In this document: positions 9,189 to 19,100 of the stretch, one piece after another
Position numbering within the stretch: the first letter of the stretch is position 1
How the letters are laid out: each line of letters opens with the position of its first letter
Assembly (NCBI GenBank): GCA_041577335.1
Contig: JBFGJH010000015.1
Location: forward strand, 1-60,420
DNA from: Acidimicrobiia bacterium
GTDB lineage: Bacteria; Actinomycetota; Acidimicrobiia; Spongiisociales; JAENVV01
DNA length: 60,420 nucleotides
Direction of reading: 5' to 3'
Notes under the pieces: model-generated
What the model was told of the DNA's origin: nothing
Database searches by the model: none
What the model saw: only the letters and a program-made list of their open reading frames with translations
Program-made: the position numbers and the translations under genes

Positions 9189-10654
9189 TCAGCTTTCGAG
9201 CAAGGCTGATCGCAACCGTGATTCTCCTCATCGGGCTGACCGCAGGCGCCGTGGCGGTGGTCTCCTACATTCTCGTGCGCGACTCGCTCCGAGATCAGCT
9301 CGTTGTCGATTCGGTCGCACGCGCCGAATTCAACATCACGGTGCTCGCCACTTCCGACCAGTTGCCGGCCGACGCAGGACGCGACGAATTCGCGGCGAGT
9401 GGGCTTGCCGATCGGTTTCTCCTGCGAGGCATTGGCGGGGCGTTCGTGGAGTTTCCCGACGGCGATACCTTTGCGTCTTCCTTGAGCCTCGTCAACGCCG
9501 ATGCCGTGGTCTCGGACGAGCTGCGACAGATCGTTGAGGACGGTCGTTTCGGTTACGAGTTTCTCACGGTCGGCGACGAGCCAACGCTGGTGGTGGGAGG
9601 GCGGAGGCCACCCGACGGGCCCGACTTCTATTTCTTCTACTCGGCCACCGACGTGGAGTCGGCGCTGGCTGCGCTGGCGAGGGTGCTCATCATCGCCGGG
9701 GTTGGCGTCTTGGGACTGGGCGCGCTGGGAGCCGGTCTCATTGCCCGCCGGGTGCTCCGCCCTGTGGCCACGGCGAGTGGCGCCGCAGAGGCAATGGCGA
9801 AAGGCGACCTGTCTGTCCGCATCCCTACGCAGACCAGAGACGAGCTGGGCAGCCTGGCACTCTCGTTCAACCAGATGGCAAGCTCGCTCGAAGAGCAAAT
9901 CAACGCGCTTCGCCGCGCCCGGGAACGCGAGCGGCGCTTCGTGGCCGATGTCTCCCACGAACTGCGGACGCCCATCACTGCCCTCGTCAACGAAGCAGCC
10001 CGTTTGGAGGCGCATCTCGATGATCTGCCGGAATCCGAGCGCGGCGTCGGACAGATGCTGGTGGCGGACGTGGGCCGACTCAGCGACCTCGTAGAGGACC
10101 TCCTCGAGATTTCACGCCTCGATGCGCAACACACGCAGCCGGAACGGACCGAAGTGGATGTCCCACGCTTCCTCGCCGCAGTGATCGCCGAACGTCATCC
10201 GAGCGCCGAGTTGCATATCGATGGGTCGGTCGGGATCGTTCGGGCCGACCGGTTGTCGCTGGAGCGGATCGTGGGCAATCTGCTCGACAATGCCCGGCAT
10301 CACGCACCCGACGCGCCGGTCTCCGTCACAGGTCGTGTCGAGGCCTCGGTTCTCTTCGTCGAAGTGACCGATCACGGGCCAGGCGTGCCCGAAGAAGTCA
10401 TCGGACACATCTTTGATCGCTTCTACAAAGCGTCCGAGGCACGGGGTGGAGGCTCCGGGCTGGGACTGGCCATCGCCCGAGAGCATGCCCGCCGCCTCGG
10501 CGGCGACGTCACAGCACGCAGGTCGCATCAGGGAGGGATGGTGTTTCAGGTGTCGATACCTGTATCGGAATCGTTACATTCCGGTGATGCGGCTGAGAAC
10601 TGGCTACCGCATTCTGAGGATGAGGAAACCAATCAGAAAGGAAGTCAGTCATGA
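9185..10654 (+). CDS. HAMP-domain sensor histidine kinase (MtrB-like)
   Basis: Two TM segments, HAMP (DELGSLALSFNQM), FVADVSHELRTP, NLLDNA, DHGPG, GSGLGLAI; 4-nt overlap with the regulator. Confidence 0.93.
   Translation: MISFRARLIATVILLIGLTAGAVAVVSYILVRDSLRDQLVVDSVARAEFNITVLATSDQLPADAGRDEFAASGLADRFLLRGIGGAFVEFPDGDTFASSLSLVNADAVVSDELRQIVEDGRFGYEFLTVGDEPTLVVGGRRPPDGPDFYFFYSATDVESALAALARVLIIAGVGVLGLGALGAGLIARRVLRPVATASGAAEAMAKGDLSVRIPTQTRDELGSLALSFNQMASSLEEQINALRRARERERRFVADVSHELRTPITALVNEAARLEAHLDDLPESERGVGQMLVADVGRLSDLVEDLLEISRLDAQHTQPERTEVDVPRFLAAVIAERHPSAELHIDGSVGIVRADRLSLERIVGNLLDNARHHAPDAPVSVTGRVEASVLFVEVTDHGPGVPEEVIGHIFDRFYKASEARGGGSGLGLAIAREHARRLGGDVTARRSHQGGMVFQVSIPVSESLHSGDAAENWLPHSEDEETNQKGSQS
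10562..10615 (+). promoter_or_regulatory. Candidate internal promoter with OmpR-type direct repeats upstream of the GerMN gene
   Basis: GTATCG/GTTACA/GTGATG at 11-bp spacing (10562, 10573, 10584) followed by -10 CATTCT (10610-10615). Confidence 0.35.
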
Positions 10655-12087
10655 GGCGCCTCATCCTTCTCATCAGTGTCATGGCAGTGGTCGTGGCAGC
10701 ATGCGGCACCGGCCAGGTTGGCGACGCCGGCGTCGTAACCCTTCCCGGACAGGCCACCACCGTTGGCGCCCCGGCGACGACCACCACTACCTCGCCGGGA
10801 GCAGGCTCAACAACACCCACGACCCAACCGACGGCCGTGACGGAACCGACCGTGAGCGACCAGCTGTTCGTGGAGCTGTTCTTCATCAAGGATGGCGCCA
10901 CCGCCAAATCGGTGATCCGGGCCGTCGATACGCCCCAAGTCGCCACCAATGCCATGCGAGAGTTGATCGCCGGGCCGACACCGGCGGAACAGGACACCGA
11001 GCTTTCGACGTCCATTCCCGCCGACACGCTGCTCCTGGGCCTTACTATCGACAACGGCCTGGCGACCGTCGACCTGTCTCGCGAGTTCGAGGCTGGGGGA
11101 GGTTCGCTCAACATCCTGAGCAGGTTGGCACAGGTGGTCTATACCCTCACGCAGTTCCCCACCGTGGACGCAGTGTTGTTCCACCTCGACGGTCGGCCGG
11201 TCGACGTGTTCTCCGGTGAAGGAGTCATCCTCGACGGGCCGGTCTCCCGGAGCGACTACACCAGCGTCCTGCCCATCGAAGGGCTCGGTCCACCGGCGGT
11301 CGCCTCCCGGTGGGAGCAAGCAGACCTTCCCGACGTAACCAGCGTCGATCCCGCCAGCCTGAGCCGGGTGGCTCTGGTCACTGCCGACGACGTGCTGAAC
11401 GTTCGCGAGGATCCCACCGTTGAGGCGCCGATCGTCGGCATGCTCGCTCCTGGCGTGGTGGTGCAGAGGACCGGCCAAGAGGCGGTCACGGGCTCATCGG
11501 TGTGGGTCGAGATCGTCACTCCCGTAGGAGACTTCTGGGTGAATGACTGGTTCCTCGCGGCGGATGTCTCGGCGACAAATTTTGCAGCCGATACGAGTGT
11601 CGAAGCCCTGCTGGACCAGTTCGCCGCAATCGTCGCCAACGGTGGCGATCTGCGGGCCGTGGCGTCGCGACGAGGACTGTACGTCTCTCACAACGCCGAT
11701 CCGGTCCGGTTCACTCCTGACGAGCTTCAGTCCGTGCTCACGGATTCGACCACCTACAAGTGGCCGTCGGCAGCAGTTGGTCCCGACCAACCCGAAGAGA
11801 TTCCAAGCCGGACGTTTGCCGAGGCGATCACCGACAGCTTCCTGTCGGCCTATGACGATGTGGATGTGGCGATCACCAAGAACGAGCCGATCACCGGCGG
11901 CAACGGCCGGATGCCCGAGTATGCGATCCCGTTTCAACTGGAGTCGTTCAACTATGTCGGTGTGCATGATTCGGGCGACAACCCGGAATACGGCGGTCTC
12001 GATTGGGTCACCTGGTATGTCTCGATCGACTACGAAGACGGCGCACCAGCCATCGTCGGACTGACGATCGACACCTGGGTGCCATAA
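10651..12087 (+). CDS. GerMN-domain lipoprotein with SH3-like domain (LpqB-like accessory)
   Basis: Lipobox VAAC, Thr-rich linker, ATVDLSREF...LAQVVYTLTQFPTV (GerMN), VLNVREDP...WVEI (SH3_3-like); 4-nt overlap with the kinase. Confidence 0.85.
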   Translation: MRRLILLISVMAVVVAACGTGQVGDAGVVTLPGQATTVGAPATTTTTSPGAGSTTPTTQPTAVTEPTVSDQLFVELFFIKDGATAKSVIRAVDTPQVATNAMRELIAGPTPAEQDTELSTSIPADTLLLGLTIDNGLATVDLSREFEAGGGSLNILSRLAQVVYTLTQFPTVDAVLFHLDGRPVDVFSGEGVILDGPVSRSDYTSVLPIEGLGPPAVASRWEQADLPDVTSVDPASLSRVALVTADDVLNVREDPTVEAPIVGMLAPGVVVQRTGQEAVTGSSVWVEIVTPVGDFWVNDWFLAADVSATNFAADTSVEALLDQFAAIVANGGDLRAVASRRGLYVSHNADPVRFTPDELQSVLTDSTTYKWPSAAVGPDQPEEIPSRTFAEAITDSFLSAYDDVDVAITKNEPITGGNGRMPEYAIPFQLESFNYVGVHDSGDNPEYGGLDWVTWYVSIDYEDGAPAIVGLTIDTWVP

Positions 12088-12255
12088 GTCAATCGGAATG
12101 CTGTTTGGGCCGGGCAGCCGCGAGGCGGTCCGGCCCCTGTCGTGTTGCCGCCAGATCGGCGCCGGTCGGCGCGCAATAGGCAAATCTCGTCCGATGCTGA
12201 AACTATGAGACAATGGCAGATGGCCGCCTCCCAGGCGGCCGGCCTGGAGGAACTC

Positions 12256-12396
12256 GTGGCCAACAAGAACAAAGGCGGGGGTGGCAACACCAAGACCCCG
12301 GCGACCAAGAGCATCAAGGAAAAGCGCCAGGAGAAGAAGGCCAAGAAGGCTGCCCACGACGCCGCCGGGTCGGTCGACAAGGCGTTCGGGCGCTGA
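12256..12396 (+). CDS. Small Lys-rich hypothetical protein (46 aa)
   Basis: RBS GGAGG before GTG12256; MANKNKGGGGNTKTPATKSIKEKRQEKKAKK; coding-like codon usage. Confidence 0.65.
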   Translation: MANKNKGGGGNTKTPATKSIKEKRQEKKAKKAAHDAAGSVDKAFGR

Positions 12397-12478
12397 CGCG
12401 CCGTCCCCTGGCGGCTGATTCACAGCCGACGGCCTGAGACCTTGGGAGCGTTGGGGTCGAGCTACCTAACCTGCCGCC

Positions 12479-13183
12479 ATGAGCAGAGTCAACGAGTTCG
12501 GCCAACTAATCGGGCCTGACCTCGGTGATTGGCGGCCTCCTGCCTTCCCCGAGCCGGTCGTGCTCGAAGGCGCGATGACGCGGCTCGAACCGTTGGATGC
12601 CGCCAAACATGCCGAGCCGCTCTTCGACGCCTACGCCGATGCACCCGAGGCCATGTGGACCTACATGCCGTTCGGTCCCTTCGCAACCGTCGATGATCTG
12701 GTCGGAGCGATCGAGCACCAGTTCACCTATCCCGATTGGCGCGCTTTCGCTGTCCTCGATGACGGTGTCGCGCTCGGCTTCCTCAGCTACCTCCGAATCG
12801 ACCCGAAAGGCGGGGTGATCGAAATCGGGTCCATCGCCTACTCGCCGGCACTGCAAAAGACCCGGCCCGCAACCGAGGCCATCTACCTCATGCTCAAGCA
12901 CGCATTCGACCTGGGCTATCGCCGATGTGAGTGGAAATGTGATGCCCTCAACGAGCCTTCTCGGTCAGCGGCCGACCGGCTCGGGTTTCGGTATGAGGGC
13001 ACGTTCCTCAAGGCAGCCCACTACAAGGGTAGGAGCCGCGATACCGCTTGGTACGCGATGACTGATGAGGAATGGCCGTCTGTTGGCAGGGCACTCGAAT
13101 TGTGGCTCGCCGAAGACAACTTTGATGCGCTCGGCCACCAACGTCGGCCGCTCTCGATGATTCGGAGCGATCTAGCGAGCTAG
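12479..13183 (+). CDS. GNAT family N-acetyltransferase (RimJ/RimL type)
   Basis: GYRRCEWKCDALNEPSRSAADRLGFRYEGTF, KGRSRDTAWY; TAACCT-N6-ATG. Confidence 0.9.
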   Translation: MSRVNEFGQLIGPDLGDWRPPAFPEPVVLEGAMTRLEPLDAAKHAEPLFDAYADAPEAMWTYMPFGPFATVDDLVGAIEHQFTYPDWRAFAVLDDGVALGFLSYLRIDPKGGVIEIGSIAYSPALQKTRPATEAIYLMLKHAFDLGYRRCEWKCDALNEPSRSAADRLGFRYEGTFLKAAHYKGRSRDTAWYAMTDEEWPSVGRALELWLAEDNFDALGHQRRPLSMIRSDLAS

Positions 13184-13244
13184 GTGATCGTGGCGAATTC
13201 TGGGTGCGACTGAGAGCGCCGCTTTCCGGGGTACGATGCGCGGC

Positions 13245-13901
13245 ATGGAATTCTCACCGGTCGAACTCGTCGGCTACGCAGGCTCGCTGCTGATCCTCTT
13301 GTCGATGACTCGTACCTCGATCCTTCAGTTGAGGATCATCGGGTTGTTGGGCTCATCGGCCTTCTTCGTGTATGGCGTGCTGATCGCTGCCTATCCCATT
13401 GCCATCGTCAATGTGGTCATCGTGGGCGTGCATCTCTTTTTTCTACGCCAGCTCCTGTCAAAGAAGATCGAATTCTTCACGAGCCTCGAGTTGAACAAGG
13501 ACTCGCGGTACTTGCGCCATTTCCTGGAGTTCCACGGCGGCGACATCTCCACCCATCAGCCGGGTTTTCGTTTCGAGCCGCGTGACGACCAAGTACGGGC
13601 CTTCGTGCTTCGCGACACTGTGCCGGCCGGCGTCTTCATCGGGAGGACGTGCGCCGACGGTTCCGTGGAGGTAGAGCTCGACTACGTCGTGCCCCAATAC
13701 CGAGACTTCAAAGTTGCGCAGTTCCTCTACTCAGATCGGTCGCACATCTTCGCCAAGCGAGGTTGCCGCACGATTTGGGCTCGCCCCGGCAACGATGTCC
13801 ATGTGCGCTACTTCGAGCGTCTCGGGTTTCATGCCGGCACGGTCGATGGGAGTCCCGCTCTAGTCGCAGATCTCGATGCCATGCTGGAGCCTTCCACCTG
13901 A
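13245..13901 (+). CDS. YgjV-like membrane domain fused to a GNAT-like soluble domain
   Basis: ELVGYAGSLLILLSM...LRIIGLLGS N-terminal TMs; LDYVVPQYRDFK C-terminal domain; TACGAT-N7-ATG13245. Confidence 0.7.
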   Translation: MEFSPVELVGYAGSLLILLSMTRTSILQLRIIGLLGSSAFFVYGVLIAAYPIAIVNVVIVGVHLFFLRQLLSKKIEFFTSLELNKDSRYLRHFLEFHGGDISTHQPGFRFEPRDDQVRAFVLRDTVPAGVFIGRTCADGSVEVELDYVVPQYRDFKVAQFLYSDRSHIFAKRGCRTIWARPGNDVHVRYFERLGFHAGTVDGSPALVADLDAMLEPST

Positions 13902-13910
13902 GTAGAGCGG

Positions 13911-15137
13911 TCACGGTATCTGAGGCCTTGGTCCCTTGCGCCGCATTCTGGCCACGAGAACGGCCGCCAGTGCCGCAAGCACAACCAACCCAACCATCAC
14001 CGCCCACAAGGGAGTGCTCCAGCCCGAGCCCGGCCAGTGGAGAATCTCGGAGACCTCATCAATGACGAGAGGCGTGAGCGCATCACCGGTGTCGCTGTTG
14101 GTCAGGATCACCACACCTTCACCGACGAGCGGGAGCGCCACGAACCTGGTGCGGTAGCCCTCGTTGGCGCCATCATGGCCGATGGAGATCCCGTCGGGTT
14201 CTCGACTCACACCGAACCCCACCGCGAAGTCGGGATCGAGCAGCAGCCGTGCGTTCGTCTGATCGAGAAGCCGGCCGGTGCCGTCCGTGTACGAGTGCAT
14301 CACGTCGATGACGATGGCTGCATATTCAGGCGCGGTGGTCCACATGGATCCAGCTGATGTTTCGGGGTAGAGGTGCCACCCGCCGCCGGCTACCTCGGAT
14401 CCGTCGGCGCGGTAGCCCACAGCTACCCGGCTTCGATCGGCTCCATCGAGGATCTCAAAGGTGGACAGCTCAAGCATGAGCGGCTCGAAGACCAATGTCT
14501 CGGCGAGTTCCTCGAACGTCCGTGCCGTGGCGTCTTCGATCGCCAACTCTGCGATCAGATAGCCGCCGCCGGAGTATTCGCGCAGCCCCGGCTCCGTGAC
14601 AACGCGGATTGGCTCATTCTTGTTGCGCACCCCGTTGAGGATCTGGGGGAGCGCCGGCAAGGTTTCGTCCATGCGGTAGCCGGGAAAGCCGGGAACGTTC
14701 ACTCCGGCGCGATGGGCGAGCAGCGTCCGGATCGTTGGCGGCTCCTCGAAGTCCGATGGGGGCAGTCGCCAGCTTGTCAACAGATCGGTCACGTCGGCTT
14801 CGAGCGAGATGAGTCCCGCTTCGGCGGCTTCGCCGGCAACGACCGCGGCGACCGGTTTGCTCAAGGAGGCCGCTTGGAACAACGTTTCGGAGTTCACCGG
14901 TCGGCCGGGTTCTGCGAAACCGAATTCCTTGGCGTACACGACTTCGAAGTCATCGACGATGGCCACACTCACGGCGGGCACTGCGTGGCGAGTCATTGCC
15001 GATTCCACGGCCCTCTCGACGGGTGCGAAGCGGCTGGAAGGATCCGCCTGGGACGGCGCGCAAGCGCCCACGGTGGAACAAACCACCAGCAACGCTGCCA
15101 TCTGCTTCCCCAGACGGACATTCGATGACTTGGCCAT
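13911..15137 (-). CDS. Serine hydrolase (beta-lactamase/class C-like), lipoprotein with C-terminal TM
   Basis: FQAASLSKP (SxxK), YSGGG, GHDG; lipobox VGAC; hydrophobic C-terminal anchor. Confidence 0.85.
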   Translation of the reverse strand: MAKSSNVRLGKQMAALLVVCSTVGACAPSQADPSSRFAPVERAVESAMTRHAVPAVSVAIVDDFEVVYAKEFGFAEPGRPVNSETLFQAASLSKPVAAVVAGEAAEAGLISLEADVTDLLTSWRLPPSDFEEPPTIRTLLAHRAGVNVPGFPGYRMDETLPALPQILNGVRNKNEPIRVVTEPGLREYSGGGYLIAELAIEDATARTFEELAETLVFEPLMLELSTFEILDGADRSRVAVGYRADGSEVAGGGWHLYPETSAGSMWTTAPEYAAIVIDVMHSYTDGTGRLLDQTNARLLLDPDFAVGFGVSREPDGISIGHDGANEGYRTRFVALPLVGEGVVILTNSDTGDALTPLVIDEVSEILHWPGSGWSTPLWAVMVGLVVLAALAAVLVARMRRKGPRPQIP

Positions 15138-15352
15138 GACGTTCCTACCTGAGGGGCCGCGCGCCGACGACTCCGAGTCGGCCACTGTCAGGCGCTCCGC
15201 GTGCCTCTTTCTGACTGTATGAGGAAACCCCCCGGCCCGCTAGAACCCAACGACTCTGCACAGAAGACGAAGGTCACGGCCGCCGAGCGGTCGAGCGGTG
15301 AGAGGGTGCTGCAGATCCTGACTTCGAGCCGAGCGATCCGGCGGCTGGAGAG

Positions 15353-15799
15353 CTAGCCGGCGGTCATGCGCTCGCTTTCGATCTGGAGGCCCTTGGCCAG
15401 TCCGCCGATGCCCTTGCGCATCTGCTTGTCCGTGTAGCCCTTCATCAACCGACCCAAGAAGTTGTGCTCATAGCTGTAGTTCAACGTCAGATTGGTTCCA
15501 TCGCCGCTCGGCGCGATGTTGAAGTCGGCCTCGGCTTCGGCGATCGGGAGCTTGAAGGTCTCGAACAAATCTACGGTCAACCGTTTGTTGGGTTCGTGGC
15601 GGACGATCCGCTCGTTGACGCCGCCGAACGGAGCGAAGTCACAATGCCGGGTGGTTCCTTCACCGACCGGGCCGGAAGATGTCTGCACCGAAGCAGTGAC
15701 GCCGGGGCTCCATCGTTGGATGTCGCCGAAGTCGTCGAGCACTTCCCACACCTTTTCTACCGGTGCATCGATGTGTCGGGTAATTGTGAATGTGGGCAT
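15353..15799 (-). CDS. SRPBCC family protein
   Basis: IDAPVEKVWEVLDDFGDIQRWSPGV pattern. Confidence 0.85.
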   Translation of the reverse strand: MPTFTITRHIDAPVEKVWEVLDDFGDIQRWSPGVTASVQTSSGPVGEGTTRHCDFAPFGGVNERIVRHEPNKRLTVDLFETFKLPIAEAEADFNIAPSGDGTNLTLNYSYEHNFLGRLMKGYTDKQMRKGIGGLAKGLQIESERMTAG

Positions 15800-15920
15800 G
15801 GCTTCTCTATCTGGCGGGACGGGCCACCATAGCGGGGGCTGTTCCTTCCTCCGTGACCGGGTCGCGACCCTCGCTACTGTTGCTCGACGAGCGGAGCAGC
15901 AACGAGGGAGAGCTGGTCAC

Positions 15921-16502
15921 GTGAACGTCGATGGTTACGAAATCGAACCGCTAAGAGCGGAACGCTTTGATGACCTCGTCGCGGTGCTCGGGCAAAGCGG
16001 CATCGGTGGGTGCTGGTGCATGTACTGGACCCACCCGACCAGCGCCGCCTGGGGCGAGGCGGCCAAGGGCGGCAGCAGCGCTCCGAACCGCCAGGCATTC
16101 TTTAAGCAGACCGAGCAGGGCCCGCCCCCCGGGCTGCTCGCCTATGAAGACGGTGTGCCGGTTGCCTGGTGCAGGGTCATGCCACGAGAGGCTCTGCCGG
16201 GATTGGCCAACTCCCGGTATTTCAAGACCGACCTCGATGTCAGTGGGGTTTGGTCGCTGGCCTGTTTCGTCGTCAAGGCCGGTCACCGAGGAAGAGGGTT
16301 GACCGCTGTTCTCACGAAGGCCGCCATCGAGTTTGTCCGTGATCAAGGCGGGATCACCGTCGAGGCGTACCCTTGGGACACAACTGAGAAGAGGCCGCCG
16401 TCGTCGGTCTACCTGGGACTGGCATCGACCTTCGAGCGCTTGGGTTTCGAGGTTGTGCAGCGCCTTGCCCCGCACAAACCGATGATGCGGTTGGCTGTCT
16501 GA
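15921..16502 (+). CDS. GNAT family N-acetyltransferase
   Basis: GCWCMYW, PPGLLAY, CFVVKAGHRGRG, VEAYP; RBS GAGGGAG before GTG15921. Confidence 0.85.
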   Translation: MNVDGYEIEPLRAERFDDLVAVLGQSGIGGCWCMYWTHPTSAAWGEAAKGGSSAPNRQAFFKQTEQGPPPGLLAYEDGVPVAWCRVMPREALPGLANSRYFKTDLDVSGVWSLACFVVKAGHRGRGLTAVLTKAAIEFVRDQGGITVEAYPWDTTEKRPPSSVYLGLASTFERLGFEVVQRLAPHKPMMRLAV

Positions 16503-16561
16503 GCTGTGGACGTTGGGGCCGGCTCAACTTCGGTAGTGTCCGCGACGGACAGGAGGTTCCC

Positions 16562-16843
16562 ATGAGTAGCGGCAAAGAATTCACCGTTGAAGAGGCAAAG
16601 GACATCGGCACCCAGGTTGGCATTGATTGGGAAACGAGCCCCTTCGACGTAGAACAGTTCCGAGTCGGGCTTGGAGTGGAACTCGAGCACGGGGTCCAAG
16701 ACGAAGAGACCAACGTCACCGGAAACGACCCGATCGTGACCGGCAAGATCGCTCTCGCTCATTTACGGGAATTCCCCGACTATTACACCCGCCTCGAAAA
16801 GATGGAGAAAGAGGCCGACGAATACTGGGGCAAAGCGGACTAG
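16562..16843 (+). CDS. DUF5661-like small conserved protein
   Basis: FDVEQFRVGLGVELEHG...KIALAHLREFPDYYTRL; RBS AGGAGG. Confidence 0.8.
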   Translation: MSSGKEFTVEEAKDIGTQVGIDWETSPFDVEQFRVGLGVELEHGVQDEETNVTGNDPIVTGKIALAHLREFPDYYTRLEKMEKEADEYWGKAD

Positions 16844-16897
16844 CGGTACGTCCACCAACCCGAGCCTTGGATTGTGAGCATTCTGACGGCGATGACG

Positions 16898-16940
16898 GGG
16901 CCGTTCGGCTCTGACCTCGCCGACTAGTCGGCAGTAGATG
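16898..16940 (+). promoter_or_regulatory. DosR/DevR-like box + -10 upstream of the DUF4389 gene
   Basis: GGGCCGTTCGGCTC (16898-16911), 23 nt, TAGATG (16935-16940). Confidence 0.55.
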
Positions 16941-16963
16941 TCGGGCAAACAAGGAGGTACGTC

Positions 16964-17623
16964 ATGGCCACGCCACAGACCGCGCCCTACCCAGCGCGTC
17001 TCGAGATCGACTACCCGGAGCAGCTCGACCGGTTTACGACGTTCCTTCGGATCATCTGGGCTCTACCGATTCTGATCATCCTCGTTCTCATCGAGGCCAA
17101 CGCGACGTCGACGGTGGTGACGCTCGACGACGCCGGGGAAGTGACCAAGACGGCCTCGGAGAGCGGAGGTGGGGTACTTGCCGGGCTTGCCGTTGCTGCT
17201 GCGCTGATGATCGTTTTCCGGCAGAGGTATCCCCGGTGGTGGTTCGACTTTGCGCTGGAGATGAACCGGTTCGCTACCCGCGTCGGCGCCTATGTCGCCT
17301 TGTTGACTGACAAATACCCGGACACGGAGAAGGAACAGTCTGTGCATCTCGAGATCGATTATCCGGATGTCCGGCAAGACCTGAACCGGTGGCTGCCGCT
17401 GGTGAAATGGCTCCTGGCGATCCCGCACATCTTCGTGCTGTTCTTTCTGTTCATCGGGGCAGTTCTGGCGATCATCGTCGCGTGGTTCGCCATTCTCTTC
17501 ACTGGCAGGTATCCGCGGGCACTTTTTGACTACGTCGTCGGTGTCGCTCGGTGGGCGCTACGTGTCCAGGCCTATGCCACGCTGCTGGTGACGGACCGAT
17601 ACCCACCCTTCAGCCTCGCCTGA
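16964..17623 (+). CDS. DUF4389 domain membrane protein
   Basis: Two repeats ending YPRWWFDF...LLTDKYP and YPRALFDY...LVTDRYPPFSL; RBS AAGGAGG. Confidence 0.85.
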   Translation: MATPQTAPYPARLEIDYPEQLDRFTTFLRIIWALPILIILVLIEANATSTVVTLDDAGEVTKTASESGGGVLAGLAVAAALMIVFRQRYPRWWFDFALEMNRFATRVGAYVALLTDKYPDTEKEQSVHLEIDYPDVRQDLNRWLPLVKWLLAIPHIFVLFFLFIGAVLAIIVAWFAILFTGRYPRALFDYVVGVARWALRVQAYATLLVTDRYPPFSLA

Positions 17624-17690
17624 GTTGGCAGGTTGGGCGACGGCGGCAGCCCGGAATCAAGGACTGAGGGGGGAGATCGACCTCCCGCAC

Positions 17691-19094
17691 TTACGGCGGG
17701 CCGACAGTTGTGTAGGTGTGACCGAGCTTGGTGGTCCACTCATGGTGCCCTGATGGGAGCCGACGGTAGGACCAGCCGAGCCTGTGTTTGTTCTGGTGGT
17801 CGTGCCGACAAAGGGGATCGAGGTTCTCTGTCGTGGTCAGTCCACCCTGGGCCCAGTCGGTCCGGTGATCGAGGTCACAGGTAATCGATGGCATTCGGCA
17901 GCCCGGAAACACGCAGGTTGTGTCGCGGGTGCGCACGACGCGCTGCTGGTTGGTGGTTGGACGGCGCCTCGTGGTGCCTTGATGGAGCGTGCTTCCCGTG
18001 GCGCCATCCGACACCGTGAACTGCCACCGCTGCTCTCGCTGTTGGTCGGCGACTTGGCGGGCGATGTCGGCCACCACCGGGCCGTAGCCCGCTAGGTCGC
18101 CTGAGGTCTCCGTCAACTCGGCCAACGTCGCGAGGTCGACGTGGATGTTCACGACTCCGCGTTCCCGTGAGCTCGGTTCTTCGGTACCGACGAGCAGGTC
18201 GAGAAGCACGTCGGCGCGGAGCTGGTCCATCGTGCGCGGTTCTTCGGAAGTCTTGAGGCTGCGTGCGAGGTGATTGATGCGGCTGGCCGCGGCGGCAGCC
18301 CGATCGACCGGTAGGTCGACCGCGAGAAGCGCAGCAGCGCCCGTGTCGGTGGGTTGGAGGACAACGCGTCGGTTGTCGATTGCCTGTTCGTAACGGTCGT
18401 CTGCTTCGTCCGGGTCGACGTCGATGCACAACTTCCGGAGGCGCGCTGCCAGCTGTCCGGTGGTGAGCCGAGGGGCAGCGTCGATGATCGCAGCAGTGAC
18501 TTCTCTGGCAGTGAGTTCGGGAAGGTGGGAAGTGGCGTACACAATGGTGCGGGCGCGCCGGACATCGAGCTCGCCGGCGGCAAGCGCGCTCCACACGCTC
18601 GGCAGGCGGCGCTTCAGGTCGAGGGCAAAAGCGACCTCGCTATCGGCGGCCCGCCTGGTGAGCCTCAGGGCGGCCCGAACCTCCGCCACGGTCCCTTGGT
18701 TGGCGAGCTCGATGTCTCCGTCAACGATCTCGAGACGCGCGGACACCGACTCGATATCGTCGTACATGCGGGCCTGATAATGCGATGCCATACGCTGATG
18801 CGCCCGCAACACGACGATCCGATCGTGGGCCGAGCACGCGTTGACGTCAATGGTCCAAAGCATGGCTGCCAAGAAAGGCCCAGGCTGAACTTGGTCGAGG
18901 TCGGAGGGGATGGAAGCAGCGTGTCCCGAGGAGTCGTCGGATTCGACGCCGGCCCAGGTGCCGTCCCCGAAACCGGGATCCTCCTCCGCCCACCAAGGCT
19001 CGTTGGCTAGTCCCTCGATCCATCTTGCCTCTGGCAGTGTCTCTGATGACCTTGCCTCTGGCACTGCCTCCGACATCGTCTCCATTGACAACAT
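17691..19094 (-). CDS. DUF222 / HNH endonuclease (13E12 repeat family)
   Basis: RTMDQLRADVL, RDTTCVFPGC, CDLDHRTDWAQGGLT, NLDPLCRHDHQNKH. Confidence 0.9.
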   Translation of the reverse strand: MLSMETMSEAVPEARSSETLPEARWIEGLANEPWWAEEDPGFGDGTWAGVESDDSSGHAASIPSDLDQVQPGPFLAAMLWTIDVNACSAHDRIVVLRAHQRMASHYQARMYDDIESVSARLEIVDGDIELANQGTVAEVRAALRLTRRAADSEVAFALDLKRRLPSVWSALAAGELDVRRARTIVYATSHLPELTAREVTAAIIDAAPRLTTGQLAARLRKLCIDVDPDEADDRYEQAIDNRRVVLQPTDTGAAALLAVDLPVDRAAAAASRINHLARSLKTSEEPRTMDQLRADVLLDLLVGTEEPSSRERGVVNIHVDLATLAELTETSGDLAGYGPVVADIARQVADQQREQRWQFTVSDGATGSTLHQGTTRRRPTTNQQRVVRTRDTTCVFPGCRMPSITCDLDHRTDWAQGGLTTTENLDPLCRHDHQNKHRLGWSYRRLPSGHHEWTTKLGHTYTTVGPP

Positions 19095-19100
19095 CCTTCA

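Noticed and set aside
17691..19094. DUF222-HNH as a bona fide IS element
   Set aside because: No terminal inverted repeats, target duplication or transposase motif visible; kept as a CDS.
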